The notes: a model not told the origin generated them from the sequence alone. Positions 49,357 through 58,862 are shown, counted from the stretch's first letter. The stretch is 64,000 nt of DNA from an uncultured Bacteroidaceae bacterium (GCA_904501945.1 CAJGCU010000001.1:1639-65638), one strand, 5' to 3'. A program made the numbers and translations.

Positions 49357-51876
49357 TTATTCATTTATCAAAACTTTTCCATCAGACGTAATACCTTCTG
49401 CACTGATGTACATTTCTTGACATGTTGAGTTGTTGTAGAACTCAACCTTTGCTTTTCCTTCGGCATCTGTACGGACATTAGGATTCCAGTAGATCGTTCT
49501 TCTGAAGTCTGCCATAGGAGGAATGATGCTGTAATCCTCCATTTTGAATGTTGAAGGAGCATTGAATCCTTGGAAGTATGTTCTGCGCAATCCCTTTTGA
49601 CTTTCTGTTGTCACTTTTGTATGGAGATAGAGATAAATGCTAACACTTCCATTTGTATTTTCTGGGGCTCCAGGAACTATATAGATGGATTTGATATCAT
49701 CTAACCATAGTTCCGCCACTGGAGGAACATGCTTTCGTTCTCCATTATCAACAATCCAAATAATGTCACGTCCAGCATATTTAACATATTCTCTAACTTT
49801 AAGCGACCTGCGGGCAGGATAGTATTCAAATAAAGAGTTTCTTTCCTCTAAATATGTAAAAATATAAGGAACAGGAAGACCTTTATCTTGAATGTCATTA
49901 CAATCTTTGTCGGCATCGTAATACAACGTAGCGTACTGGCGTCCGAAATTCTCGTTCTTATATGCCCAATCGTCATTCGTGAAGTATCTGCGTTTTGCTT
50001 TAACGGTTACATTCTGAAGCATGTGAGTCTTCTTTGTAATTGGAATGAATACTGCTTCTTCCTCTAAATTAGTAAATTTTTGGGTTTTGACAAAGAAATT
50101 TGGTTTTAATGGTTTCTGTATTTCTGACTCTAAAGGTGTAATGAAACGTGGAGTAGGTGAAAACTGGCGGTCAATTCCCACATAATAGGTTTTGCGTTTG
50201 TTGCCTTTGGGGGTACCTTTTTTTGTATAAATTTGCATATTCCACTTGCCATCCACAAAAGGCATTTCGAAAGCGTAATTACCAAAGGAATCAGTTTGAG
50301 TCTTTCCTATGAGGCTTTGCCCTTCTTTGTTGTAAAGCATCACTTCCATGTTTACAAAGCTAACTGGATTTTTCTTTCGATATGCCTTCAACTGTCCAAA
50401 CACATAAAACTTGTCCTCTATGGGTTGCGATTTGCGGAAAATATACTTTTCAGACATCAATCTCCAGTCATATCGTCTCCAGCCCTGTGTCATCATGAGC
50501 AAATCGGCAGATTGGCGATGTGTCTCATCGTCTGCTTCGAAGTAGTAGTCAATATGATGGATATAGCCTTTTACTTCTGAACTAAGCAACATCCATGTCT
50601 TCATGTTGCCCTGTTTGCCGTTCGTCATGTTTTCTGCATCGATGGCTGAGAACGAGAGAAAGGCATTGGGCTCTGTCTGAAGCTCTAGCTCAACCTTTCC
50701 ACAAGGCTTGAGACTCTTTGTGGCAGATGTTATGCGTATGCTGTCGCTGTCGTTTGGCTTGGGACAGATGAAAAAGAGGCGTTCTGCCTGAATTTCTCCT
50801 TTTGTGTCAAACAGCGTGAACTGATGAACTCCTTCCTGCATGGCCTTCCTGTCTAAGAGGATTTTCATATTTGGAACGGCTTTCAGCGTATCTGCCAGCA
50901 GAATATTTCCGTTGTGCATTACTACATATCCTAACAAGGCGCCACAGAGGCTGTCTGTGGTTTGAATGGATGCACTCATCTCTTCGCTGATTACATCAAA
51001 GTGTAAGGCATGACCTTCCTTTCTAGCTGCAGGAAGTTGGAAAAACTGTGTTTTGTCCTTCAAGTTTTTCATTTGGAAAGATAAGGCGCCACTGTCGGGA
51101 ATGATATCGAACATGCCTCTGCCAAGGCTGTCGGTATTTACGGTTGAGAGTACATCTCCTTTTTCGTTCATGACGAACCCTTCTGCTTGGTAGGGGATTC
51201 CGTTGTCATCGACTGCCAGCATGGCAACTCTACACTTTTTGCCAACAATCAAATGTCCTCCCTCAGGATAAAACTGTATGCTAATGCTTTTTGCAAGTTT
51301 GCTGCTGTAAACACCCTCTCCGATGGCGTTCAGATAAAGAGAATCTGTACGGTCACGATTGTTAGGGTCGCGTTGTTTGTAGAGACGGTTCTGAATAGTC
51401 AAATCCTTATAGTTTCCTTCTTCCTTAGGAGTCTTGAAGATAGGAAAAACGCGAGAGAATACAGCATTTACTCCCCAGTTGGTCATGTAGCGAGTGTATG
51501 CACGCACTTCGTAGAAACCGCTGCCCAGCAAGGTGTCGAGCATCAAGTCTCCATGCGCCTGCCCATTTTCATCAATGGGATATTTGCGTGTCTTTATCAC
51601 ATCTCCGCTAGGATTAAGCAATTCTACATACAGCACCTTGCTCAAGTTGGTAGGGGAGCCATTATCTGTTTTGGTCACATAAGCTTTGAACCACATTGTC
51701 TCATTTTCAAAGTAACCCATATTGTCAAAGTGAAGATACACTTTTTCTTGTGGAATAACCTTGTTGAAATTCATGGCTTTTTGAATGTATGACATGATTT
51801 TTGTCGTGTCTGTTCCTTGGGCATGAAGTGATGTCGTCAAGACACACATGGTGAGGATATGTAAAAAACGTTTCAT
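49357..51876 (-). CDS. large secreted hypothetical protein with MG2 / carboxypeptidase-regulatory-like beta-sandwich repeats
   Basis: 839 aa from MKRFLHILTMCVLTTSLHAQG (signal peptide). EKVYLHFDNMGYFENETMWFKAYV and LYVELLNPSGDVI resemble alpha-2-macroglobulin MG2-type domains. The function is unknown. Confidence 0.4.
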   Translation of the reverse strand: MKRFLHILTMCVLTTSLHAQGTDTTKIMSYIQKAMNFNKVIPQEKVYLHFDNMGYFENETMWFKAYVTKTDNGSPTNLSKVLYVELLNPSGDVIKTRKYPIDENGQAHGDLMLDTLLGSGFYEVRAYTRYMTNWGVNAVFSRVFPIFKTPKEEGNYKDLTIQNRLYKQRDPNNRDRTDSLYLNAIGEGVYSSKLAKSISIQFYPEGGHLIVGKKCRVAMLAVDDNGIPYQAEGFVMNEKGDVLSTVNTDSLGRGMFDIIPDSGALSFQMKNLKDKTQFFQLPAARKEGHALHFDVISEEMSASIQTTDSLCGALLGYVVMHNGNILLADTLKAVPNMKILLDRKAMQEGVHQFTLFDTKGEIQAERLFFICPKPNDSDSIRITSATKSLKPCGKVELELQTEPNAFLSFSAIDAENMTNGKQGNMKTWMLLSSEVKGYIHHIDYYFEADDETHRQSADLLMMTQGWRRYDWRLMSEKYIFRKSQPIEDKFYVFGQLKAYRKKNPVSFVNMEVMLYNKEGQSLIGKTQTDSFGNYAFEMPFVDGKWNMQIYTKKGTPKGNKRKTYYVGIDRQFSPTPRFITPLESEIQKPLKPNFFVKTQKFTNLEEEAVFIPITKKTHMLQNVTVKAKRRYFTNDDWAYKNENFGRQYATLYYDADKDCNDIQDKGLPVPYIFTYLEERNSLFEYYPARRSLKVREYVKYAGRDIIWIVDNGERKHVPPVAELWLDDIKSIYIVPGAPENTNGSVSIYLYLHTKVTTESQKGLRRTYFQGFNAPSTFKMEDYSIIPPMADFRRTIYWNPNVRTDAEGKAKVEFYNNSTCQEMYISAEGITSDGKVLINE

Positions 51877-51902
51877 AGCTATCTTTTTTAGCTTAGCTGT
51901 TG

Positions 51903-51910
51903 CAAATATA
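51903..51910 (-). promoter_or_regulatory. -7 promoter box TATATTTG
   Basis: Plus strand reads caaatata, 27 nt upstream of the ATG at 51876 and inside the longer ORF. Confidence 0.45.
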
Positions 51911-51961
51911 CTCATTTGTTTTGAGAAAATCAAGCATAAGTTTAGGTAATTAAATATTTCG

Positions 51962-52053
51962 CCTTGTACCGTAATTACGCTATAGGGTGTAACGTAATTA
52001 CGATGCAGGGTGTAACGTAATTACGATGCAGGGTGTAACGTAATAGTGGTATA
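51962..52053 (+). repeat. tandem 23-bp repeat array (CGTAATTACG family), 4 units, two identical
   Basis: Units are ccttgtaccgtaattacgctata / gggtgtaacgtaattacgatgca / gggtgtaacgtaattacgatgca / gggtgtaacgtaatagtggtata. Confidence 0.9.
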
Positions 52054-52073
52054 GCAAGAAGCTGGAATGTGGT

Positions 52074-53540
52074 TTATTGTCTCTTCATATTTCGTTCTGC
52101 GTCCATCCTCAGAAAGATGAAAAGCAGGATGGTGAATCCCCATAGCGAGGAGCCTCCATAGCTGAAAAAGGGTAGTGGGATGCCGATGACAGGAGTTAGT
52201 CCTAATACCATCCCAACATTGATGAAGAGATGGAAAAGGAAAATGCTTAACACGCAGTAGCCATATATTCGGCCCATAGTGTCAGGTTGTCGTTCTGCAA
52301 CAACGATGAGACGCCAGATGAAGAACAAATAAACAATGAGCACGCCTGCAGCTCCTATAAATCCTTCTTCTTCGCCTACTGTGCAGAAAATGAAGTCTGT
52401 GTGCTGTTCTGGTACATACTTGAGCTTTGTCTGCGTGCCTTGCAGGAATCCTTTTCCGTTGAGTCCTCCTGAACCAATAGCAATTTTAGCCTGGTTGACG
52501 TTGTAACCAGCTCCTCTGGGATCGTCTTTTTTGCCTAGCAGCACCTCTATGCGTGTACGCTGATGAGGCGCCATGTGATTCAGGATACTATTGCTAATAT
52601 AGAAAAATGAAGTGGAGAGTACTGCAAATAGCGCAATAAGAGCATATCTGTAGATGTGTGTATAAATGGCAAGACCAATAATATAGGTAGCCATGAGGAT
52701 ACAAAGTCCCAGCATCACATAGCAGACATCGAATGGTATGACATACATGGAGAACAGCATAGCAATGCAGGTCGTTCCCAGACAGGATGCTGCTAAGATT
52801 TTTACTGCCAGAGTGTTACGGCAATAAATCCATACCATGCCAATGGAGAAAATCATGGCGAGAAGCAGCACGGAAAATTCTCCAATAGAAACAGGCATAT
52901 TTGTGATGTAATCATCGCAGAATTTCATTCCAACAACGAAATAGACGACACAGGCGAATCCGCTAAAGAGGAGTGAGCCCGTCATGCCTTCACGGTAAAG
53001 TGTCAGAAAGAATGCAAAATATACCAAGGCCGATCCTGTTTCTTTTTGGCAGATGATAAGGAGCATGGGGAGCATGATGAGAGCAATGGCGATGCTAATG
53101 TCCTTTGTTTTCTTGATGCGAAATCCATATTCGCCCATAAATTTTCCTAAAGCTAAAGCTGTGGCAAATTTAGCAAATTCTGCAGGTTGAAGTTTTATGG
53201 AACTTCCTATAGGCAGCCATGAGCGCGAACCTTTTGTATCAGGAGCAATAATAATCGTTACGATGAGTAGAAGCATTAATGCGCCATAGATGACGTAGGC
53301 CGCTGTGTCGTAAAACTTCTTTTCTATCAGCATAAGCACAGAGGCCAAAACAAGCGAGGTTCCTGCCCAAACAATCTGTTTGCCAGAATTGGTTTCCCAG
53401 CTGAACAAATCTGGATTGTTGAAGTCATAGCAGGCTCCACATACGCTGAACCATCCCCAGATGATGAGCACCACATAAAGAGCAATCGTCATCCAGTCAA
53501 TGCTTAGAAACACACCTCTCTTACCTCTCTCTTGTCCCAT
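52074..53540 (-). CDS. rodA: rod shape-determining protein RodA (SEDS family)
   Basis: 488 aa, polytopic, with FtsW/RodA/SpoVE motifs (...GSGGLNGKGFLQGTQTKLKYVPEQHTDFIF...). Overlaps the mrdA 3' end by 20 nt. Confidence 0.9.
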   Translation of the reverse strand: MGQERGKRGVFLSIDWMTIALYVVLIIWGWFSVCGACYDFNNPDLFSWETNSGKQIVWAGTSLVLASVLMLIEKKFYDTAAYVIYGALMLLLIVTIIIAPDTKGSRSWLPIGSSIKLQPAEFAKFATALALGKFMGEYGFRIKKTKDISIAIALIMLPMLLIICQKETGSALVYFAFFLTLYREGMTGSLLFSGFACVVYFVVGMKFCDDYITNMPVSIGEFSVLLLAMIFSIGMVWIYCRNTLAVKILAASCLGTTCIAMLFSMYVIPFDVCYVMLGLCILMATYIIGLAIYTHIYRYALIALFAVLSTSFFYISNSILNHMAPHQRTRIEVLLGKKDDPRGAGYNVNQAKIAIGSGGLNGKGFLQGTQTKLKYVPEQHTDFIFCTVGEEEGFIGAAGVLIVYLFFIWRLIVVAERQPDTMGRIYGYCVLSIFLFHLFINVGMVLGLTPVIGIPLPFFSYGGSSLWGFTILLFIFLRMDAERNMKRQ

Positions 53541-55368
53541 AATTAATCTGTTTTTGTTGGAAGGCTTCAGCTTTCTTTTCGCTTTCAGGAGAAAGAGAAC
53601 CGTTGATATACTGCTCCATCATTAATGCTCCGATAGGTACACCATAATGTGCACCAAAGCCTCCGTTTTCGACATAAACAGCAATGGCTATTTGTGGATT
53701 TTCTTTAGGAGCAAACCCCATGAATACGGAGTGGTCTTGTCCACGATTTTGTGCCGTTCCTGTCTTTCCACAAACTTCGTATTGCAGGCTGTTTGCAGCT
53801 CTACAGGTTCCTCCTGTTACAGCACTACGCATTCCTTCTACAGCTATGTCATAAAACTTTTTTTCAACTTTAGTAAAATGCTTCACCAATAAGCTGTCGG
53901 CAACATTTCCTCCTTCAACAGCTTTAACCACATGGGGCGTGATGTAATAGCCTCGATTAGCCACAGTTGCACCAAGATTTGCAATTTGCAGAGGAGTAAG
54001 AGTTACTTCACCTTGTCCAATAGAGATAGAAATGACGGTCAGAGCCGACCACGACTTCCCCAGTCGTCGAGTATAGTATTCTGCATTGGGAATCATCCCT
54101 CGAGCCTCGCCAGGTAAATCTACTCCTAATTTGTATCCAAATCCCATGCTAACCATATAATCTTTCCAAGTAGTCATGGCTTCTTGTGTGCTTTGATAGT
54201 TTTTCCTGTTGTTGAACATGTTGTATAATCCCCAGCAGAAAAAGCTGTTGCACGAAGTGGCAATAGATGGAACAAGGGGTAATGGAGCACCATGTGCATG
54301 GCAGCCTAATTTTAACTTGCCAAATCTAAAACCTCCAACACAAGGATATTGCGTAGATGAAGTTATAATACCTTCTTGTAAAAATGTGAGTCCTTGAGAT
54401 ATCTTGAATGTGGAACCAGGAGGGTAGGTTCCTGAAACCGCTCTGTTCAGCATGGGCTTCATGGGATCTCGCTGCATTTCCAGCATTTGCGCTCCACGTT
54501 GTTTTCCCTCCATACGGTGAGGGTCATAGGAAGGTGCGCTGACCATGCAAAGAATTTCACCAGTTGCAGGTTCTATTGCAACAATTGAACCCATTTTCCC
54601 TTGCATTAAACGTTCGCCAAGTTGCTGCAGCTTGATGTCGATGGACAATGTAAGGTTTTTACCTGGTATAGGCTTACGGTCAAAAGCTCCATTCTGATAA
54701 TGCCCCTGAATACGTCCGCGTGCATCACGCAAGAGTACTTCTACGCCTTTTTCTCCTCTTAGCTCTTTCTCGTAACTGCGTTCAACTCCTTGTTTACCAA
54801 TATAATCACCTGGTTCATAATATTCATCTCGTTTAACATCCGCAGATGAAACTTCTGCCACATCTCCCAGCACATGTGCACAGTTTTCGGTCGAGTATCT
54901 ACGTATGGTTCGTTCACGCACATAGAATCCAGGATATCTAAATAGCTTTTCTTGGAAAAAACTGAATTCTTCGCTTGGAATCTGAGACAGGAACAGTTGT
55001 TGAGTATAGGTGGAATAACCAGGGTTTTTATTTCTGTCCTTAATGGTCTTCATACGGTTGTCAAACTCCTCTCTGGTCATGCTGAGTGTTTTGCACAAGT
55101 CGAGTGTGTCGAGATTCTTAATTTCTCGCATGATAACCATAATGTCATAAGCTGGCTGATTGTAAACGAGGAGTTCTCCATTGCGGTCGTAAATGACGCC
55201 ACGAGATGGAAAGATGACGTTGTTTAGGAAAGCATTATTATCAGCGCGGGTCTTGTATTCTTCGTTGGAAAGTTGAAGAAAAGCAAGTCTGGCAATATAG
55301 CAAAGAACAATAATAAGTGCAATTCCGCCAATGACAAATTTCCTGTATTCGTAAATATGGTTTTTCAT
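53521..55368 (-). CDS. mrdA: penicillin-binding protein 2 (elongasome transpeptidase)
   Basis: 615 aa. N-terminal TM helix, dimerisation domain, and a transpeptidase with STFK and KTGTA motifs. Confidence 0.93.
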   Translation of the reverse strand: MKNHIYEYRKFVIGGIALIIVLCYIARLAFLQLSNEEYKTRADNNAFLNNVIFPSRGVIYDRNGELLVYNQPAYDIMVIMREIKNLDTLDLCKTLSMTREEFDNRMKTIKDRNKNPGYSTYTQQLFLSQIPSEEFSFFQEKLFRYPGFYVRERTIRRYSTENCAHVLGDVAEVSSADVKRDEYYEPGDYIGKQGVERSYEKELRGEKGVEVLLRDARGRIQGHYQNGAFDRKPIPGKNLTLSIDIKLQQLGERLMQGKMGSIVAIEPATGEILCMVSAPSYDPHRMEGKQRGAQMLEMQRDPMKPMLNRAVSGTYPPGSTFKISQGLTFLQEGIITSSTQYPCVGGFRFGKLKLGCHAHGAPLPLVPSIATSCNSFFCWGLYNMFNNRKNYQSTQEAMTTWKDYMVSMGFGYKLGVDLPGEARGMIPNAEYYTRRLGKSWSALTVISISIGQGEVTLTPLQIANLGATVANRGYYITPHVVKAVEGGNVADSLLVKHFTKVEKKFYDIAVEGMRSAVTGGTCRAANSLQYEVCGKTGTAQNRGQDHSVFMGFAPKENPQIAIAVYVENGGFGAHYGVPIGALMMEQYINGSLSPESEKKAEAFQQKQINYGTRER

Positions 55369-55374
55369 CGCTGG

Positions 55375-55899
55375 CTAACTGAAATGTGAGGTGCTTTTAT
55401 GAGAACGCACGATGAGTTCTATCAAAACAATGGTAATCGTCGTAAACAGACTTCCTCCTATAATGGAATATGCTGTGAGTTGCCAATCTATGAGTGTAAA
55501 AGCATCAAGCAGATAAAATGCTCCATGTAATACAAGCATTAAGATAAAGATGTAAAGCAAGTAGCTCCAGAAACCTAGACTGTGGAAGGTCGGAACAAGG
55601 TCTTCTGCTGCATCTCGAGGGCAAAACATCTGCAACAATGCTGGCTGCATTAGCGCAACTAGTGTACAGGATGCTGCAGCCATTCCTGCCGTATTACTGA
55701 AAATGTCGAAAAGAAATCCTGTAGAAAAACCCCATAGAAGAACGGCTATGCGAGACGTGTTGCGATGGAAGCACACCAGCATATAGCCAATCACTAAAGG
55801 AGTAATATACCCCAACAAGTGTATGTGGTTGAAAACGACAATCTGAAAAAATAAGATTATCATCAATCTTGCTGTGCGTAAAAGGAATGTAGAACTCAT
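55375..55899 (-). CDS. mreD: rod shape-determining protein MreD
   Basis: 174 aa polytopic membrane protein lying between mreC and mrdA. Confidence 0.8.
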   Translation of the reverse strand: MSSTFLLRTARLMIILFFQIVVFNHIHLLGYITPLVIGYMLVCFHRNTSRIAVLLWGFSTGFLFDIFSNTAGMAAASCTLVALMQPALLQMFCPRDAAEDLVPTFHSLGFWSYLLYIFILMLVLHGAFYLLDAFTLIDWQLTAYSIIGGSLFTTITIVLIELIVRSHKSTSHFS

Positions 55900-55956
55900 C
55901 TTGCTGGGGTTATAAATTAGTGGCGATGTTTCTTGATGTGCCTTCTTGGGGACAAG

Positions 55957-56802
55957 CTATTGCTTATCATGCATTTCTGCCATTTCTTCTAGTTGGCGAC
56001 GTTCTGCTGATTGGTAATTGGTAATTACAGAAACGTTGCGTAGAGTCGTAAAATTTGTGAATAGTTTAACACGGAGCATATAGGAGATTCCATCAGTTGA
56101 GTCATTGATACGATGAACCATTCCTATTGGAAGTCCTGGAGGAAAAATGTCTGAAAATCCATTGGTCTCAACAATATCTTTTGGGGCAACTTCTGCATGA
56201 CGAGGAATGCTAGTCACATAGGCAATGTCGGCATAGCCTCTTTGCCATATCAGCGAGCCGAAATATTCTGAGTTGCGCAGTCGGCAGCTGATTTTACTGT
56301 TGACATGCAGAATTGGCATCACAATACTGTAATGTTCACTGGTCATGTATACAATTCCCACAACACCTTGTGAACATACGACTCCCATCTCAGGACGAAT
56401 GCCATCTGCCTCTCCTTTATTGATTGTCAGAAGGTTATTCGACTTGTGCAATGTCCCGTTGATGACTTGTGCATGAACTAAATCGTATTTCTTGGGCAAA
56501 GAAGGCATCCGTAGAATGCTGTCCAAATGATGTTCGTCTATTTGCCGCTGTATTTCGATAATCTGCCGGCGAAGTTCTTCGTTTGTCTGTTCAAGTGCCT
56601 GATTTTCTTCCTGCAAATGAAGGTAGGACGTAATGCCACTAATGACGTTGTAGGTTGAACCTACCACGTCATTAGCTGTTGTGAAATACACACTTTTTTG
56701 ATATCCATTATAGCTGAAAAGGAAAGCCAAGCTTAATACTTCCAGGCCTATGAATACAAACCAGTGCTTGTTTTTTATGATTAAGTCTATCAGTGCACGC
56801 AT
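55957..56802 (-). CDS. mreC: rod shape-determining protein MreC
   Basis: 281 aa. N-terminal TM helix, coiled coil and MreC beta domains. Confidence 0.88.
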   Translation of the reverse strand: MRALIDLIIKNKHWFVFIGLEVLSLAFLFSYNGYQKSVYFTTANDVVGSTYNVISGITSYLHLQEENQALEQTNEELRRQIIEIQRQIDEHHLDSILRMPSLPKKYDLVHAQVINGTLHKSNNLLTINKGEADGIRPEMGVVCSQGVVGIVYMTSEHYSIVMPILHVNSKISCRLRNSEYFGSLIWQRGYADIAYVTSIPRHAEVAPKDIVETNGFSDIFPPGLPIGMVHRINDSTDGISYMLRVKLFTNFTTLRNVSVITNYQSAERRQLEEMAEMHDKQ

Positions 56803-56808
56803 GGCACG

Positions 56809-57831
56809 TTAGCTCATAAGGAACTGGAAATTATTAACGTTCTTCAGCGCAATGCCTGTGCCCTTAGCTACTGCGTGCAATGGGTCTTCATTGACGTGGA
56901 ACTGAATCTGTATCTTGTCTGTAAGGCGCTTGTCAAGGCCGCGCAGCAAAGCGCCTCCACCTGTAAGCCAGATGCCATTTTTCACGATGTCGGCATAGAG
57001 TTCAGGAGGTGTCTGTTCAAGAGCCTGCAGAACTGCTGTTTCAATTTTTGCTATGGTCTTGTCAATACAATGTGCGATTTCCTGATAGCATACAGATATT
57101 TCCATTGGAAGGGCTGTGATACGGTTTGGACCGTACACGATGAAGTCCTCTGGGGCATTCTCGCCAAGGTCGGTGAGTGCAGAACCGACATTGATTTTGA
57201 TACGTTCGGCCATACGCTCAGACACCTTTACGTTGTGCTGGCGTGACATGTATTCCTGAATGTCTGCTGTGAGTTCGTCGCCAGCTACACGGATTGAGTT
57301 GTTGCTGACGATGCCTCCTAAGGAGATGACTGCAATCTCGGTTGAGCCACCACCTATATCAACCACCATCTGTCCCTCTGGAGCTTCAACGTCAATGCCG
57401 CAACCGATGGCTGCTGCCATTGGCTCGAAAATGAGGTGGACGTCACGTCCGCCAGAATGCTCTGCGCTGTCACGAACGGCACGAAGTTCTACTTCTGTCG
57501 ATCCAGAAGGGACTCCAATGACCATGCGGAGTGAAGGTGTGAAAAGATGGTGTCCTGTCTTTACCATCTTGATGAGTCCGCGCATCATCTGCTCGCAGGC
57601 ATAGAAGTCGGCAATCACACCATCACGCAGCGGACGGCATGTACGGATGTTTTCGTGGGTTTTTTCGTGCATCATCTTTGCCTTTTTACCCACGGCAATC
57701 ATCTTGTTGTTTTTCTTGTCCAGTGCAACGACAGAAGGTTCGTCCACCACAATCTTGCCATTACAGGTGATAATGGTATTTGCGGTGCCGAGGTCCATCG
57801 CAATATCTTGAGTCAAAGAGAAAAATCCCAT
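56809..57831 (-). CDS. mreB: rod shape-determining protein MreB
   Basis: MGFFSLTQDIAMDLGTANT... with an actin-like ATPase fold. ATG at 57831; the ORF-track start at 57843 is TTG. Confidence 0.96.
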   Translation of the reverse strand: MGFFSLTQDIAMDLGTANTIITCNGKIVVDEPSVVALDKKNNKMIAVGKKAKMMHEKTHENIRTCRPLRDGVIADFYACEQMMRGLIKMVKTGHHLFTPSLRMVIGVPSGSTEVELRAVRDSAEHSGGRDVHLIFEPMAAAIGCGIDVEAPEGQMVVDIGGGSTEIAVISLGGIVSNNSIRVAGDELTADIQEYMSRQHNVKVSERMAERIKINVGSALTDLGENAPEDFIVYGPNRITALPMEISVCYQEIAHCIDKTIAKIETAVLQALEQTPPELYADIVKNGIWLTGGGALLRGLDKRLTDKIQIQFHVNEDPLHAVAKGTGIALKNVNNFQFLMS

Positions 57832-57866
57832 TTTTTTATTCAATTCTTTATATATTCTTCGTTTTT

Positions 57867-58460
57867 TTACTTTGCGAAATACTCGTGAATGGCTGTGTCG
57901 TAGTGGCTTGATGTTGCAAATGCACGTTCAGCAAACTGCTTGCGCTGCGCTTTTGTGGTTTCGGCACCTTGAGCCTTCACGATGTCGAGCAGTGGCTTGT
58001 ATTCTGCCTTGCTTGGCACGATGACAACGTCGTTGAAGTTCTTGGCTGCAGCACGAATGAGCGAGATGCCGCCAATGTCAATCTTTTCAATGATGGCTGG
58101 CTCGTCATTTGTGTTGGCAACAGTTTCTTCGAATGGATAGAGGTCTACGATTACGAGGTCTATTTCTGGTATTTCATATTTTGCCATTTCCTGCTGGTCG
58201 CTTTCCAGCTCGCGGCGTCCGAGAATGCCTCCAAACACTTTGGGGTGAAGCGTCTTTACGCGACCGCCGAGGATTGAAGGGTATGTTGTGAGGTCTTCTA
58301 CTTTCTGGCATGGGTAGCCGAGGCTTTCGATAAATGATTGTGTGCCACCTGTTGACAAGAATTTAACCCCGTTTTTGTTCAGTTCTGCGAGAAGTTCGTC
58401 AAGTCCGTCTTTGTGGAATACTGATACAAGAGCTGTCTTGATTTTTTTTGTGTCAGCCAT
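57867..58460 (-). CDS. purH: stand-alone IMP cyclohydrolase (MGS-like N-terminal domain of PurH); AICAR formyltransferase domain absent
   Basis: 197 aa. MADTKKIKTALVSVFHKDGL...STGGT...GGRVKTLHPKV...DLVIVDLYPF...IDIGGISLIRAAAKN... It ends at ...YDTAIHEYFAK, where full-length PurH continues into the linker. The stop lies 35 nt before mreB. Confidence 0.8.
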   Translation of the reverse strand: MADTKKIKTALVSVFHKDGLDELLAELNKNGVKFLSTGGTQSFIESLGYPCQKVEDLTTYPSILGGRVKTLHPKVFGGILGRRELESDQQEMAKYEIPEIDLVIVDLYPFEETVANTNDEPAIIEKIDIGGISLIRAAAKNFNDVVIVPSKAEYKPLLDIVKAQGAETTKAQRKQFAERAFATSSHYDTAIHEYFAK

Positions 58461-58528
58461 TTTTCTTCTGAATTTTATAATTGTAAACTTATTGATAATA
58501 TTGTTCGTTCTTTGATAGAATAGAGTTA

Positions 58529-58536
58529 CAAAGTTA
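58529..58536 (-). promoter_or_regulatory. -7 promoter box TAACTTTG (purH-mre operon)
   Basis: Plus strand reads caaagtta, 69 nt upstream of the ATG at 58460 and inside the longer ORF (to 58541). Confidence 0.4.
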
Positions 58537-58680
58537 GGCATTTCTCTCCATACAAAACAGAAGATTTTATTTTTTTTGTTAGGGCCATTGTAATTTATAT
58601 AATTTCATCTGTGTTTTGTCTCCGTTTTGCAATGTTTGCTGTTGCTTTTTTGAAAGATGCATATGCTTGAAAGGGATCTC

Positions 58681-58749
58681 CCCTTCATCGCAATTACGCT
58701 GATGTATGTATCGTAATTACGATGAAGGGTGCATCGTAATGGCGTTTGC
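58681..58749 (+). repeat. tandem 23-bp repeat array (CGTAATTACG family), 3 units
   Basis: Units are cccttcatcgcaattacgctgat / gtatgtatcgtaattacgatgaa / gggtgcatcgtaatggcgtttgc. Cores start at 58687, 58710 and 58733. Confidence 0.8.
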
Positions 58750-58862
58750 GGGTGCGCAGAAGGAAAGCGGAAGAATTTGTCCAGAGAAATCTTGCTCACA
58801 TGTCAGACTTTCGATGGCAGAACGTCTTGCTGTGGCCATTGCCGTACTTATGATGTTTTAAA

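Noticed and set aside
51962-52053. The 23-bp tandem arrays could be a CRISPR array.
   Set aside because: Units are contiguous with no unique spacers. The arrays hold only 3-4 units, and no cas genes are in the window.
57832-57866. purH as a frameshifted pseudogene with the AICARFT half still present.
   Set aside because: Only 35 nt separate the stop from mreB. The upstream side is promoter and repeat DNA, so no remnant of the second domain exists at this locus.
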